Positions 49,018-57,718 of a DNA stretch of 64,000 bases are shown here, piece after piece. Source of the stretch: Patescibacteria group bacterium. Its GTDB lineage: Bacteria; Patescibacteriota; Patescibacteriia; UBA10025; JAHIVO01. Where the stretch lies: NCBI GenBank assembly GCA_028718605.1, contig JAQULM010000003.1:16971-80970 (forward strand), given 5' to 3'. A program made the position numbers and the translations under genes. The notes under the pieces were generated by a model, which saw only the letters and a list, made by a program, of their open reading frames with translations, was not told where the DNA came from and made no database searches. Each line of letters opens with the position of its first letter. The first letter of the stretch is position 1.

Positions 49018-50262
49018 CTATTGAAGCTGCCCAATATGAGAACCGGCGCAGTACCCCGTACTCCAGCACATCTGGAGATTGAACCCGCCGGTCGGGCCGA
49101 CAACATCCAACACTTCTCCCGCTAACAATAAATTCGAAACGACTTTTGAATGCATTGTCCGCGGGTCTACCTCGCGTAAACTAACACCCCCCGATGTTAC
49201 GATTGCCCGATCAAAACCGGCAAGCGAATGAACAGTAAGAGTAAAATTCTTTACACGGTGGCTAATTCGCAACCGTTCCTCCCGAGTTATTTCGTGCACC
49301 TTTTTTTCCGGGTCAATGCCGCATAACCGAACCACGATGGGAATGGCTGTTTTGGGGAGCAAAAGGTGCAAACTGTTCTTGAACGCCTTATTCGAAAATT
49401 CGCTGAAGTCCTTCTGTATGCGCGCATCCAGTTCCTCGAGTGAAAGTGCAGGCTTAAAATCGACATTTAATGTCACCATCCCTTTTTTCAGTGCCTGGCC
49501 AATCGCCGTGCTCAGCGTGAGGACGACCGGGCCGGACAAGCCAGTGTCAGTAAAAAGAGCTTCTCCGAATTCTGACGCAACCCGTTTGCCTGCCAGGAGT
49601 ACGCTGACCGTCACGTTTTTCAGGCTCAATCCCTCAAGTTCTTTTACCCATGCTTCTCTTACATTGACGGGAGTAAGCGCCGGTTCCGGCGGCGTGATGG
49701 TATGCCCTATGTGCTGAAGCCAGCCATACGCGTCTCCGGTCGATCCTGTCTCGGGATGCGCTTTCCCGCCCGTGCATATCACATACTGCTCCGCACGGAG
49801 CTCTTCTCCGTTTGACAGGACAACGCACTGAATTGCCTTTCTGCTGAAGTTCAAGCGTTTCACCGCTGCTCCAGTCCGCACTGACACGCGATGTTCCTTC
49901 AGGTACCCGAGAAGCGCGTCGATGACGTCGTGAGAGCGGTCGTTCGAAGGAAAAACACGATTGCCCCGCTCGACTTTCGTCAGTACACCGTGGCGGTTGA
50001 AAAAATCGATCACATCCTGCGGTCCGAACGCGTGGAATGCGGAAAAAAGGAATTTTCCGTTCTTGCCGTATTTTGAAACCAACGCGCGCTCGTTGAATTC
50101 AGCGTTTGTAATATTGCACCTGCCCTTCCCGGTGATTGAGAGTTTGATTCCCGTCCTGTCTCTTTTTTCCAACAATAAAACATGCGCACCAAGCTCCGCT
50201 GCTCTGCCCGCGGCCATCATCCCTGCTGGCCCGCCGCCGATAACGATAAGATCGTATTTCAT
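49018..50262 (-). CDS. HI0933-like (BaiN/aminoacetone-oxidase-like) FAD-dependent oxidoreductase
   Basis: N-terminal GGGPAG Rossmann motif. ITGKGRCNITN and a C-terminal GG..L.E motif. 414 aa. Confidence 0.8.
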   Translation of the reverse strand: MKYDLIVIGGGPAGMMAAGRAAELGAHVLLLEKRDRTGIKLSITGKGRCNITNAEFNERALVSKYGKNGKFLFSAFHAFGPQDVIDFFNRHGVLTKVERGNRVFPSNDRSHDVIDALLGYLKEHRVSVRTGAAVKRLNFSRKAIQCVVLSNGEELRAEQYVICTGGKAHPETGSTGDAYGWLQHIGHTITPPEPALTPVNVREAWVKELEGLSLKNVTVSVLLAGKRVASEFGEALFTDTGLSGPVVLTLSTAIGQALKKGMVTLNVDFKPALSLEELDARIQKDFSEFSNKAFKNSLHLLLPKTAIPIVVRLCGIDPEKKVHEITREERLRISHRVKNFTLTVHSLAGFDRAIVTSGGVSLREVDPRTMHSKVVSNLLLAGEVLDVVGPTGGFNLQMCWSTGYCAGSHIGQLQ

Positions 50263-50306
50263 TGCCTTAGTATACCAAAAAACGCCTCACCAAACGAGAC
50301 GTTGGT

Positions 50307-50381
50307 TGGCGGGGCCACGAGGAGTCGAACCTCGATCAGCGGTTTTGGAGACCGCTATACTAGCCATTGTACTATAGCCCC
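50307..50381 (-). tRNA. tRNA-Trp(CCA)
   Basis: Cloverleaf with anticodon loop CUCCAAA. T-arm GGTTCGACTCC. CCA encoded. Confidence 0.85.
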
Positions 50382-50400
50382 TCGGGCGAAACAGCGTACG

Positions 50401-50556
50401 TTATTTCGTTTCCTTGTGCAACGTATGTTTGTCGCACCACTTGCAGAACTTCTTGAGTTCAATACGCTGCTTCAACGTTTTCTTATTTTTCTTCGAGTGG
50501 TAATTGATGCGATGGCATTCTTTGCACTCAAGCTTGATGAGATTTTCCTGTGACAT
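50401..50556 (-). CDS. rpmG: 50S ribosomal protein L33
   Basis: 51 aa with CKEC...CKWC zinc-ribbon. Classic position beside tRNA-Trp. Confidence 0.8.
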   Translation of the reverse strand: MSQENLIKLECKECHRINYHSKKNKKTLKQRIELKKFCKWCDKHTLHKETK

Positions 50557-50691
50557 ATGTGTTATTAATGTTAATCTTCGAAGCACCCCGATGCCCGGAG
50601 AATCGGTGTTTTATCGGAACCATTCTTCATCGGGGGACCCCATCACGCTGATGCGGGATGGGGAAAGTGGGCTCGTTGCGAAGGGTGAAGC

Positions 50692-50854
50692 GGAGCCACC
50701 CGTCGGATTTGAACCGACGACCTACTGTTTACAAAACAGTTGCTCTTCCGGGGCATTCGGATCGCCTTCAGCGATAACCTCACGCCCGCCTCGATGGGCG
50801 CAACTGAAGCAGTTCAGTTGCTTTTGCCATCTCGGCCCACTGAGCTAGGGTGTC
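50692..50854 (-). pseudogene. tRNA-Thr(UGU)-like copy with ~88-nt insertion in the D-loop and acceptor-stem mismatch
   Basis: The 3' two-thirds is identical to the adjacent tRNA-Thr. The D-loop GGTA is replaced by a structured ~88-nt insert. Acceptor position 2 is A instead of C. The 3' end is CCG, not CCA. Confidence 0.5.
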
Positions 50855-50929
50855 TGGAGCCACCCGTCGGATTTGAACCGACGACCTACTGTTTACAAAA
50901 CAGTTGCTCTACCACTGAGCTAGGGTGGC
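50855..50929 (-). tRNA. tRNA-Thr(UGU)
   Basis: GCCACCCTAGCTCAGTGGTAGAGCAACTGTTTTGTAAACAGT..GGTTCAAATCC..GGGTGGCTCCA with anticodon UGU. Confidence 0.85.
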
Positions 50930-50932
50930 ACA

Positions 50933-51015
50933 TGGGTGGAGTAGGATTCGAACCTACGAAGCCCGGAGGCAACAGATTTACAGTCTGTCCCAGTTGACCA
51001 CTTTGGTATCCACCC
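50933..51015 (-). tRNA. tRNA-Tyr(GUA) (long variable arm)
   Basis: GGGTGGATACCAAAGTGGTCAACTGGGACAGACTGTAAATCTGT + long variable arm + GGTTCGAATCC. Confidence 0.85.
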
Positions 51016-51265
51016 GTGATTCCTCTTTTTTAAGTAACGTCGTGAACGCTTTACCGCCTTTGTATTTTTTTATCTGCATCTCCCTTTTGTAGGCATCCGT
51101 TTTGGATAAAAAAGATTCCGTATGAATTAATGTCCAAGGACGCCCATTTCGAGTCGAGTGCACTCTACCGCGATTATGCTGCATGAGTCGAGTGGATAAG
51201 GTACGTGTATGCCCAATATAATGCTTTCCTGTTTTTTCACTTTTTATAATATAGACGGTGTGCAT
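50978..51265 (-). CDS. GIY-YIG nuclease domain protein (small, standalone)
   Basis: MHTVYIIKSEKTGKHYIGHTRTLSTRLMQHNRG...RPWTLIHTESFLSKTDAYKREMQIKKYKGGK carries the GIY...YIG...R...E motifs. Its 3' end runs into the tRNA-Tyr gene. Confidence 0.6.
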   Translation of the reverse strand: MHTVYIIKSEKTGKHYIGHTRTLSTRLMQHNRGRVHSTRNGRPWTLIHTESFLSKTDAYKREMQIKKYKGGKAFTTLLKKEESRVDTKVVNWDRL

Positions 51266-51320
51266 GATGCACCAAGATTTATGCCGCCTCTGGCGGCACC
51301 CCGCCAAAGGCGGTGGCAGT

Positions 51321-51355
51321 CTGTCCCAGTTGACCACTTTGGTATCCACCCGTGA
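51321..51355 (-). repeat. duplicated 5' half of tRNA-Tyr (acceptor, D-arm and anticodon stem) with no 3' half
   Basis: 35 nt identical to the 5' half of the intact tRNA-Tyr (cagtctgtcccagttgaccactttggtatccaccc). Confidence 0.7.
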
Positions 51356-51395
51356 TAGCGATTTCAAACGAAGCATGCGATGCCCCCGCCGCCTC

Positions 51396-51471
51396 TGGAG
51401 CCGTTGGCCGGAATTGAACCGGCGACCTACTCCTTACCATGGAGTTGCTCTACCAACTGAGCTACAACGGC
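51396..51471 (-). tRNA. tRNA-Thr(GGU)
   Basis: GCCGTTGTAGCTCAGTTGGTAGAGCAACTCCATGGTAAGGAGT..GGTTCAATTCC..CCA. Confidence 0.85.
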
Positions 51472-51539
51472 AGAGGTGGCGGGGCCAACAGCGAGAAGCT
51501 GTTTAAACGAGAGGTCTCCCTACACTAAAACCATGAATA

Positions 51540-52430
51540 CTATGCTTTGTCAAGCTCTTGAATGCGCTCTTCCAATTCCTGAAGTTTTTCATTCTCCGGA
51601 TTTACCCCACGGAGCTTTTCCAAATACTCCGTGGCGACTGCTTTATTTTCGAGTTTCAGCGCTGTATCAATAACATGATCAAGATTTTTTGGATTGTTCG
51701 GCTCCAATTTTACCGATTCCTGGAAGCTCCCGAGAGCCTGCTCGGCATTACCGTCAAGAAGAAAAAGTTTTCCAATTTCGCGATGATATCCTGCAACTGC
51801 ATCATTCGTCGTCACGGAGTCCGCATTAAGATTGGCGCGGACGCTTCCCCCAACCGCGGTCCCCGCTCCGTGAGTTGAATTATCGGCATCACCGCTTGGT
51901 ACTGAGATTTTCAATAAATAGCGGTAAATCTCTTGCGCATGTTGGTAATCTTTCAGTTGCGTATATACCTGCGCAAGACCTTCATATGCTTCCACGCATT
52001 TTCTGTCGAGGCTGATCGCCTCAATATATTTTGACTCCGCTTCCTTATATTTATCCTGAGCAATAAAATCGGACGCTTCTTTCAGTAATATTCCTCTGCT
52101 CTTCTCATCAGTCGCATCCTGGGGCTCCAGTTCCTTAATTTTACGGCGGTACTTTTCTTCCATTTCCTTCAAAGAACTGTATAAATTCCGTACGAATGAA
52201 GCCTTCTTGGTGCTGGAGCTGTCGTGCTGGAATGCAGTCCGGAAAGTCAATGCTTGCAGTTTCCGCTTTAAGCGATGTTCAATGATATGCTTCTTCACTC
52301 GCTCTTGTTTATGTTTCGTGAGCGTATCGGTATTGATCGACGCAAGCGTCGGGAATTTCTTGACGATGATGCTGAGCACGACCCCGAAGCACACGACAAT
52401 AACGCCAATCGCAATATAGTCAATAATCAT
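51540..52430 (-). CDS. TPR-repeat protein with N-terminal TM anchor
   Basis: MIIDYIAIGVIVVCFGVVLSIIV TM anchor. Multiple TPR-like A..Y..A..Y repeats. 4-nt overlap with ricT. Confidence 0.55.
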   Translation of the reverse strand: MIIDYIAIGVIVVCFGVVLSIIVKKFPTLASINTDTLTKHKQERVKKHIIEHRLKRKLQALTFRTAFQHDSSSTKKASFVRNLYSSLKEMEEKYRRKIKELEPQDATDEKSRGILLKEASDFIAQDKYKEAESKYIEAISLDRKCVEAYEGLAQVYTQLKDYQHAQEIYRYLLKISVPSGDADNSTHGAGTAVGGSVRANLNADSVTTNDAVAGYHREIGKLFLLDGNAEQALGSFQESVKLEPNNPKNLDHVIDTALKLENKAVATEYLEKLRGVNPENEKLQELEERIQELDKA

Positions 52431-53224
52431 ATGCGTTTGATCTCCTTCAGCGGCACCTCGACAATTCCATCGTCGGTTGCCACGATAACGGTTTCCTTGA
52501 TGACATTGAATGAACTGACGGTGCCCTTGCCACGATTCGTGGACACTTTCGTGCCGGGACTGGGAAAACGCTTGCTCGCGGTTTGGTAAAATTCCGCTTC
52601 GTACGAGAGGCAACACATAAGCCGGCCACAAGCACCCGAGATCCGATCGCTTCCCCTGCTATGGACCTGCTGGACGCGCGCCAGATCGGTCGTAACACTC
52701 GTAAGATTTTTCAGGAATTGCTTACAGCACACCTGGCGACCGCAGGGGCCAAATCCGCCCATACGCCGCGCTTCATCGCGGATGCCAATCTGCTGGAGGC
52801 GGATCGATTTCTGGAACTGGCGGGCGAGATCTTTCACGAGCTCCCGAAAATCGATGCGCCCGTCAGCGGTAAACACAAACGTAATTTTACCGCCATCAAA
52901 TGAAAAATAACAATCCACAAGCTTCATGTCGAGTTGGTGCTTTTGAATGCATTCGCGGGCTTTCGCCAATACCTCAGCCCGTTTATCCTTTTGCGCGTGG
53001 CCTTTTGCCATGTCATCTTCCGTCGCACGGCGGACAATCATGGCCAGAGAAGCATCGAGCGTTCCTTCGTCGACTTCAGAAATGTGTACGATGGTGCCTA
53101 TTTCAACACCAGCATCGGTCCGCACGATGACGCTATCACCAATGGCAACCTGCGTATCACCAGGGTCGAAGTGATACACCTGGTCCCAAGGATTAAACTG
53201 GATCCCGATCGCACGCTTGATCAT
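52427..53224 (-). CDS. ricT: RicT/YaaT (PSP1 C-terminal domain) protein
   Basis: Typical YaaT N-terminus (IQFNPWDQVYHFDPGD). Conserved Cys cluster GPCGRQVCC...GACGRLMCCL. Confidence 0.75.
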   Translation of the reverse strand: MIKRAIGIQFNPWDQVYHFDPGDTQVAIGDSVIVRTDAGVEIGTIVHISEVDEGTLDASLAMIVRRATEDDMAKGHAQKDKRAEVLAKARECIQKHQLDMKLVDCYFSFDGGKITFVFTADGRIDFRELVKDLARQFQKSIRLQQIGIRDEARRMGGFGPCGRQVCCKQFLKNLTSVTTDLARVQQVHSRGSDRISGACGRLMCCLSYEAEFYQTASKRFPSPGTKVSTNRGKGTVSSFNVIKETVIVATDDGIVEVPLKEIKRI

Positions 53225-53808
53225 AATGCCATGCGCATAATATTCCGCACCTGGATGTTCTCCCCGAATTTCATTATTTTCGCCTGAATATGCTGCTCGA
53301 TCGTTATGCTGTCATCCTTAATAAACGGCTGCTTCAGGAGGCACACCTGGCTATAATATTTCGCGGCCTTACCGTCAATAATCCGATCCCACATTTTTTC
53401 CGGCTTGCCTTGTGTTTTGAGCTGTTCGCGCCAAATCGTCCGTTCCTCATCCAGTGCTGAAGCAGGGACATTATCCGGAGCAATGTACTGCGGATCCGCT
53501 GCGGCAACTTGCATCGCGAGATCGTGCGCAAGTTCCTGAAAATCAGGCGTGCGCGCCACGAAATCACTTTCGCACGCGAGGGCAACAAGCGCGGCAACGC
53601 TCCCGTTCGCATGGATATAGGAACCGATAGTCCCTTCTTTCGTCGTGCGCTCCTGCTTCTTTGCAGCTACGTGCTGGCCTTGCTTTTTCAGATACGCAAT
53701 CGCCGCGTCTACTGCGCCCCCGGATGCCTCGAGCGCTTTCTTTGAATCCATAATCCCGGCACCCGTCGCTTCCCGGACTTGCTGTATGAGTGAAGTTTTT
53801 GATGGCAT
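53221..53808 (-). CDS. tsf: translation elongation factor Ts (short form)
   Basis: LIQQVREATGAGIMDSKKALEASGG..AAIAYL, the EF-Ts UBA-like N-terminus and core. Confidence 0.85.
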   Translation of the reverse strand: MPSKTSLIQQVREATGAGIMDSKKALEASGGAVDAAIAYLKKQGQHVAAKKQERTTKEGTIGSYIHANGSVAALVALACESDFVARTPDFQELAHDLAMQVAAADPQYIAPDNVPASALDEERTIWREQLKTQGKPEKMWDRIIDGKAAKYYSQVCLLKQPFIKDDSITIEQHIQAKIMKFGENIQVRNIMRMAL

Positions 53809-53813
53809 ACGTG

Positions 53814-54566
53814 TTATTTCTCCGTCGGATTAGGTTCCAGTACCGCCGCTGGTTCTGGCTTCTGCGCTGCAGGGGCAGGCGTAATGCTTGCTTTGGCAGC
53901 CTTGATACTCTGGGCAACTATGTCCACGATCAGTTTGATGGATTTTGTCGCGTCATCGTTCGCCGGTATCGGGTAATCGATCATTTCGGGGTTACAATTG
54001 GTATCAACCATCGCTACAATAGGTACTTTTTTCTTCCGCGCTTCGCGAATCGCCGTTTTCTCGCGGCGTACGTCCACGACAAACATCGCGGCAGGCAACT
54101 GATTCAATGTCTCAATGCCACCGATAAGCTCCTCAAGTTCCTTGATTTCCTCGTCAAACTTGAGTTGTTCGTGTTTTGTATATTTTTCGAGTTCACCCCG
54201 ATCCCGCTGGGACCTCAGGTCTTTCAGGCGATGGATACGCTTGGAGATATTCTCGAAGTTCGTCATCGTGCCGCCGATCCACCGTTCTGTAACGTATGGC
54301 ATCCCGGTCTCCAACGCCGCACGTTTAACGATCGGCTGAGCCTGGCGTTTGCTGCCGACGAAGAGAATAACCCCGCCACGGCTTACCATGGAGGCCAAAA
54401 AATCGCACGCTTCGCGGAGCTTCAGCGCAGTTTGTTCAAGGTCGATGATATTGACCCCCGACCGCGAGGTGTAGATGAACGGCTTCATTTTCGGGTGCCA
54501 GCGCCGTTGCTGATGCCCAAAATGAACACCGCTCTTGAGCATGTCGAGCAGTGATGCTTCCTGCAT
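53814..54566 (-). CDS. rpsB: 30S ribosomal protein S2
   Basis: LLDMLKSGVHFGHQQRRWHPKMKPFIY. The rpsB-tsf arrangement is conserved. Confidence 0.85.
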   Translation of the reverse strand: MQEASLLDMLKSGVHFGHQQRRWHPKMKPFIYTSRSGVNIIDLEQTALKLREACDFLASMVSRGGVILFVGSKRQAQPIVKRAALETGMPYVTERWIGGTMTNFENISKRIHRLKDLRSQRDRGELEKYTKHEQLKFDEEIKELEELIGGIETLNQLPAAMFVVDVRREKTAIREARKKKVPIVAMVDTNCNPEMIDYPIPANDDATKSIKLIVDIVAQSIKAAKASITPAPAAQKPEPAAVLEPNPTEK

Positions 54567-54821
54567 ATACCTTTGTTCCTTTTTATTCCTCTGCTTTCGT
54601 CGTCCTCGTGGCCGCAAGACCGGGAACCTCACAAGGCAGGCACGCCGGCAAGGATGTGCGAACACGAGTCGGAAAGCATGAGAGATTAATGAATAATAAA
54701 AAACGCTGTAAATGAGCATAATGGAGTATACCATACTATAGAAATTATGCAAGGCTCTCGTGAGCCCTTGCGCAATCATGCGCTGTCTGGTACACTCAAC
54801 CGTACTGAATCATAACCGACT

Positions 54822-55085
54822 ATGAAGAAAAACATCCACCCCCAGTACTACCCGAAGGCAAAAGTGGTATGCGCGTGCGGCAACACATTTACCACCGGGT
54901 CCACGCTGCCTGAAATTCATGTCGAAATCTGCTCTCTGTGCCACCCGTTCTACACGGGCAAACAGAAACTCATGGATGACCGCGGCCGCGTTGAACGCTA
55001 CCAGCGTTTAATGCAGAAAAAGGCAAGCCTCAGAAAACCAAAGGCCACCCACGAAGCAGCCCGGAGCACGAAGAAATCTAAATAG
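54822..55085 (+). CDS. rpmE: 50S ribosomal protein L31 (Zn-ribbon type)
   Basis: [10 protein letters not shown]...CACGNTF...[10 protein letters not shown]. Confidence 0.85.
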   Translation: MKKNIHPQYYPKAKVVCACGNTFTTGSTLPEIHVEICSLCHPFYTGKQKLMDDRGRVERYQRLMQKKASLRKPKATHEAARSTKKSK

Positions 55086-55139
55086 CGGCTCCCCGGGGAG
55101 GCGCAGGCTTCCCGTCGACAACGCGGTTTTTTTGCGTGT

Positions 55140-56189
55140 ATGAATACAAAACGAGAAGAAGTTCAGGCACGATATGAGCAGATTGAGCGCGAACTGCAGG
55201 ATCAAACTGTTCTCAATGACCAGCAAAAGCTTGCCAAGCTCTCGCGGGAATACAGCGACCTTGGTGAGTTGCTTGGGCATTTTCAGGAATTGGACGGCGT
55301 TAACAAAAGCATCGAACAGGTCCAGCGGTCGCTCAAAGACGAGTCTGACCACGAATTACGCGAGATCGCCGCAGAGGAACTCGTTGATCTTGAACGGTGC
55401 AAGCGCGACCTCGACCATGCGATCAATGAAATAATCAATCCAGCCGATCCGCTCGACCGCAAGGATACTCTTGTTGAAATCCGTGCAGGCACCGGTGGCG
55501 AAGAAGCGGCACTTTTCGCAGCAGAATTATTGAGGATGTATTCACGGTACGCCGAAAAGCAGGGCTGGAAAACACACCTCGTCAATTCGAACACTACGGG
55601 CATCGGCGGGATCAAGGAAACAATATTTGAAATCAACGGATCGAACGTGTACAGCAGGCTTAAATACGAGAGCGGCGTGCACCGTGTCCAACGCGTGCCC
55701 GAAACCGAGAAAAGCGGCCGAATCCACACGTCTGCCGCGACCGTCGCGATCCTTCCCGCTGCCGAAGAAATTGACGTGGAGCTGAAACCGGAAGAAATTG
55801 ATATCGAGGCGACGACCTCATCAGGCCACGGCGGGCAATCGGTCAATACCACCTACTCTGCCGTTCGTATCGTCCACAAGCCGACCGGCATGACTGTCAT
55901 CTGCCAAGATGAACGTTCCCAACGCCAGAACAAGGAAAAAGCGCTTCAGGTACTTCGTTCCCGTCTGCTCGCCCTCGAGCAAGAACGCCAGCAAAAGGAA
56001 CGCTCGGAAAACCGAAAAAACCAGATCGGCACCGGAGACCGGTCCGAAAAAATCAGGACATACAATTACCCCCAGAATCGGGTCACCGACCACCGCATTA
56101 AAAAAAGCTACCACAATATCAGCGTCATCCTGGATGGTGATCTCGATCCTATCATCAACGACATTAAACAGGCAGAATCACGCGAATGA
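55140..56189 (+). CDS. prfA: peptide chain release factor 1
   Basis: GGQ motif (SSGHGGQSVNTT). RF-1 family domains. The prfA-prmC pair is conserved. Confidence 0.85.
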   Translation: MNTKREEVQARYEQIERELQDQTVLNDQQKLAKLSREYSDLGELLGHFQELDGVNKSIEQVQRSLKDESDHELREIAAEELVDLERCKRDLDHAINEIINPADPLDRKDTLVEIRAGTGGEEAALFAAELLRMYSRYAEKQGWKTHLVNSNTTGIGGIKETIFEINGSNVYSRLKYESGVHRVQRVPETEKSGRIHTSAATVAILPAAEEIDVELKPEEIDIEATTSSGHGGQSVNTTYSAVRIVHKPTGMTVICQDERSQRQNKEKALQVLRSRLLALEQERQQKERSENRKNQIGTGDRSEKIRTYNYPQNRVTDHRIKKSYHNISVILDGDLDPIINDIKQAESRE

Positions 56190-57034
56190 CAATCCGACGA
56201 GCTCTGCTTACCGCTATTACGACTCTTCGATCGTCCCACACTGCCTCAGCAACACTCGATGCTGAGGTGATTTTATCGTTCCTTCTCCATAAACCGCGAG
56301 GGTACCTGCTTGCATATCCGGAGCGTAAGTTGACGCCGAACCAAGCCAGCGTGTTTAAAAAGCTCATACGCAGACGTTTACGCGGCGTGCCAGTTGCGTA
56401 CCTCACCGGCCATCGTGAATTCTACGGCCTTGATTTCCTCGTAACGAATGCGACCCTGATCCCCCGCCCCGAAACAGAAACAGCGGTCGAGGAATCCATT
56501 CGGATCGGGCGGGCGATGGCTAAGGCCGCGCCAGATAAAAAAACTGCGATCGCAGACATTGGCACCGGTTCCGGATGCATCGCTATCACACTCGCAAAAT
56601 ACCTTCCGAGAGCGAAGCTGTACGCGGTAGATATTTCGAATAAAGCCCTTGCAATCGCAGAAAAAAACGCTCGACAGCATACGGTTGTGAAGCGGATTCA
56701 TTTTTTGCGTGGCAATTTACTGTCGCCTATACCGCGAAAAATAAAACTTGACCTGATTATCGCGAACCTCCCCTACCTGACGACGGACGAACTCCAAAAC
56801 GTCCCCTTTGAACCGAAGATCGCGCTTGATGGCGGCAAGCTCGGCCTCGAACTCATCGATCGGTTCATGGAACAGCTGCCGGATCGGCTCGCGCCAGGCG
56901 GCATAGCGCTCGTGGAAATCGCACCGAGCCAGGTAAAAGCCGTGGACTACTTTGTTGAACGGTCCATGCCAGAAAAAAAGGTAAACTTCTTAAAAGATCT
57001 TACCGGGCGAGATCGTGTGGCTAAAATCTACTGA
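56186..57034 (+). CDS. prmC: release factor glutamine N5-methyltransferase PrmC (HemK)
   Basis: SAM motif DIGTGSGCIAI and NPPY-type motif IIANLPYL. 4-nt overlap with prfA. Confidence 0.8.
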   Translation: MTIRRALLTAITTLRSSHTASATLDAEVILSFLLHKPRGYLLAYPERKLTPNQASVFKKLIRRRLRGVPVAYLTGHREFYGLDFLVTNATLIPRPETETAVEESIRIGRAMAKAAPDKKTAIADIGTGSGCIAITLAKYLPRAKLYAVDISNKALAIAEKNARQHTVVKRIHFLRGNLLSPIPRKIKLDLIIANLPYLTTDELQNVPFEPKIALDGGKLGLELIDRFMEQLPDRLAPGGIALVEIAPSQVKAVDYFVERSMPEKKVNFLKDLTGRDRVAKIY

Positions 57035-57108
57035 GATTTTTAAAACTCCTTAGGTATTTTTACCATGCGGGATGTTTTTCTGTACATAAAAAATGTGCAA
57101 CCAAATGA

Positions 57109-57136
57109 TTGACAATTGGCCGACAGAGAGTATATT
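57109..57136 (+). promoter_or_regulatory. sigma70-like promoter (TTGACA-16-TATATT)
   Basis: Consensus -35 TTGACA and -10 TATATT about 75 nt upstream of the 57211 gene, which has a GAGAGGAGG RBS. Confidence 0.4.
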
Positions 57137-57210
57137 CACAAGTGCAGCAAACGAAGCGCTGTAAATACAAACACCACACAACAGTGCACCTTGAGAGGAG
57201 GTGAATTGTA

Positions 57211-57624
57211 ATGCACAACTTGATGCATTTAACAGATTTTCTGGAATGGATTCGGACGCTCCCGCCCGGTACCCACATCGGCGATGCAATCCGTGACGCT
57301 TCTCCGCCAAAGCCCAGTTTCCGAGTGAATTCCCTGTCGCCGCTCTTTTTCGCGGTGCTCACGACAAACAACGGTGAATCTCACGCTGGGTTCGTCTCGA
57401 ATATCGAACTCGACTGTGCGGAAAATACATTTTCTGTCACATTCTATGAATCGGAGAAACTTCACAAAACCGTACGGCTTTCCGAGCTTCAAAGCTTCGA
57501 ACCCGTGCATGAACTGCCGAGGGGCAAAACCTCACGCCAGGAGAAATTAACTCCCAACGATAGGAGAACCCGTCCATGCCCAGAAACCGCCAGGGTAGAA
57601 GGATCCTCTGGGATCCATCTCTAA
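57211..57624 (+). CDS. hypothetical protein
   Basis: 137 aa. Strong RBS and a consensus promoter. No family recognised. Confidence 0.45.
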   Translation: MHNLMHLTDFLEWIRTLPPGTHIGDAIRDASPPKPSFRVNSLSPLFFAVLTTNNGESHAGFVSNIELDCAENTFSVTFYESEKLHKTVRLSELQSFEPVHELPRGKTSRQEKLTPNDRRTRPCPETARVEGSSGIHL

Positions 57625-57630
57625 CTGCGA

Positions 57631-57690
57631 AAAAGCCGCTGATCTCACTTGTTATCCTCGATAACAAAAACCAGCGGCTTTTCTATTTTT
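57631..57690. terminator. bidirectional nested-hairpin terminator between convergent genes
   Basis: aaaagccgctg ... cagcggctttt with an inner gttatcctcgataac palindrome. T-runs on both sides. Confidence 0.5.
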
Positions 57691-57718
57691 TACGTAGAGT
57701 TTCTCTCAAGAAACCAAT

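Noticed and set aside
50762-50850. The ~88-nt D-loop insertion in the upstream tRNA-Thr copy considered as a group I intron
   Set aside because: It is far too short for a group I or group II intron core and shows no P-Q-R-S elements. It is more plausibly an insertion or structured remnant in a pseudogenised duplicate.
53790-54554. 254-aa plus-strand ORF
   Set aside because: It is antisense to rpsB, which is unambiguous.
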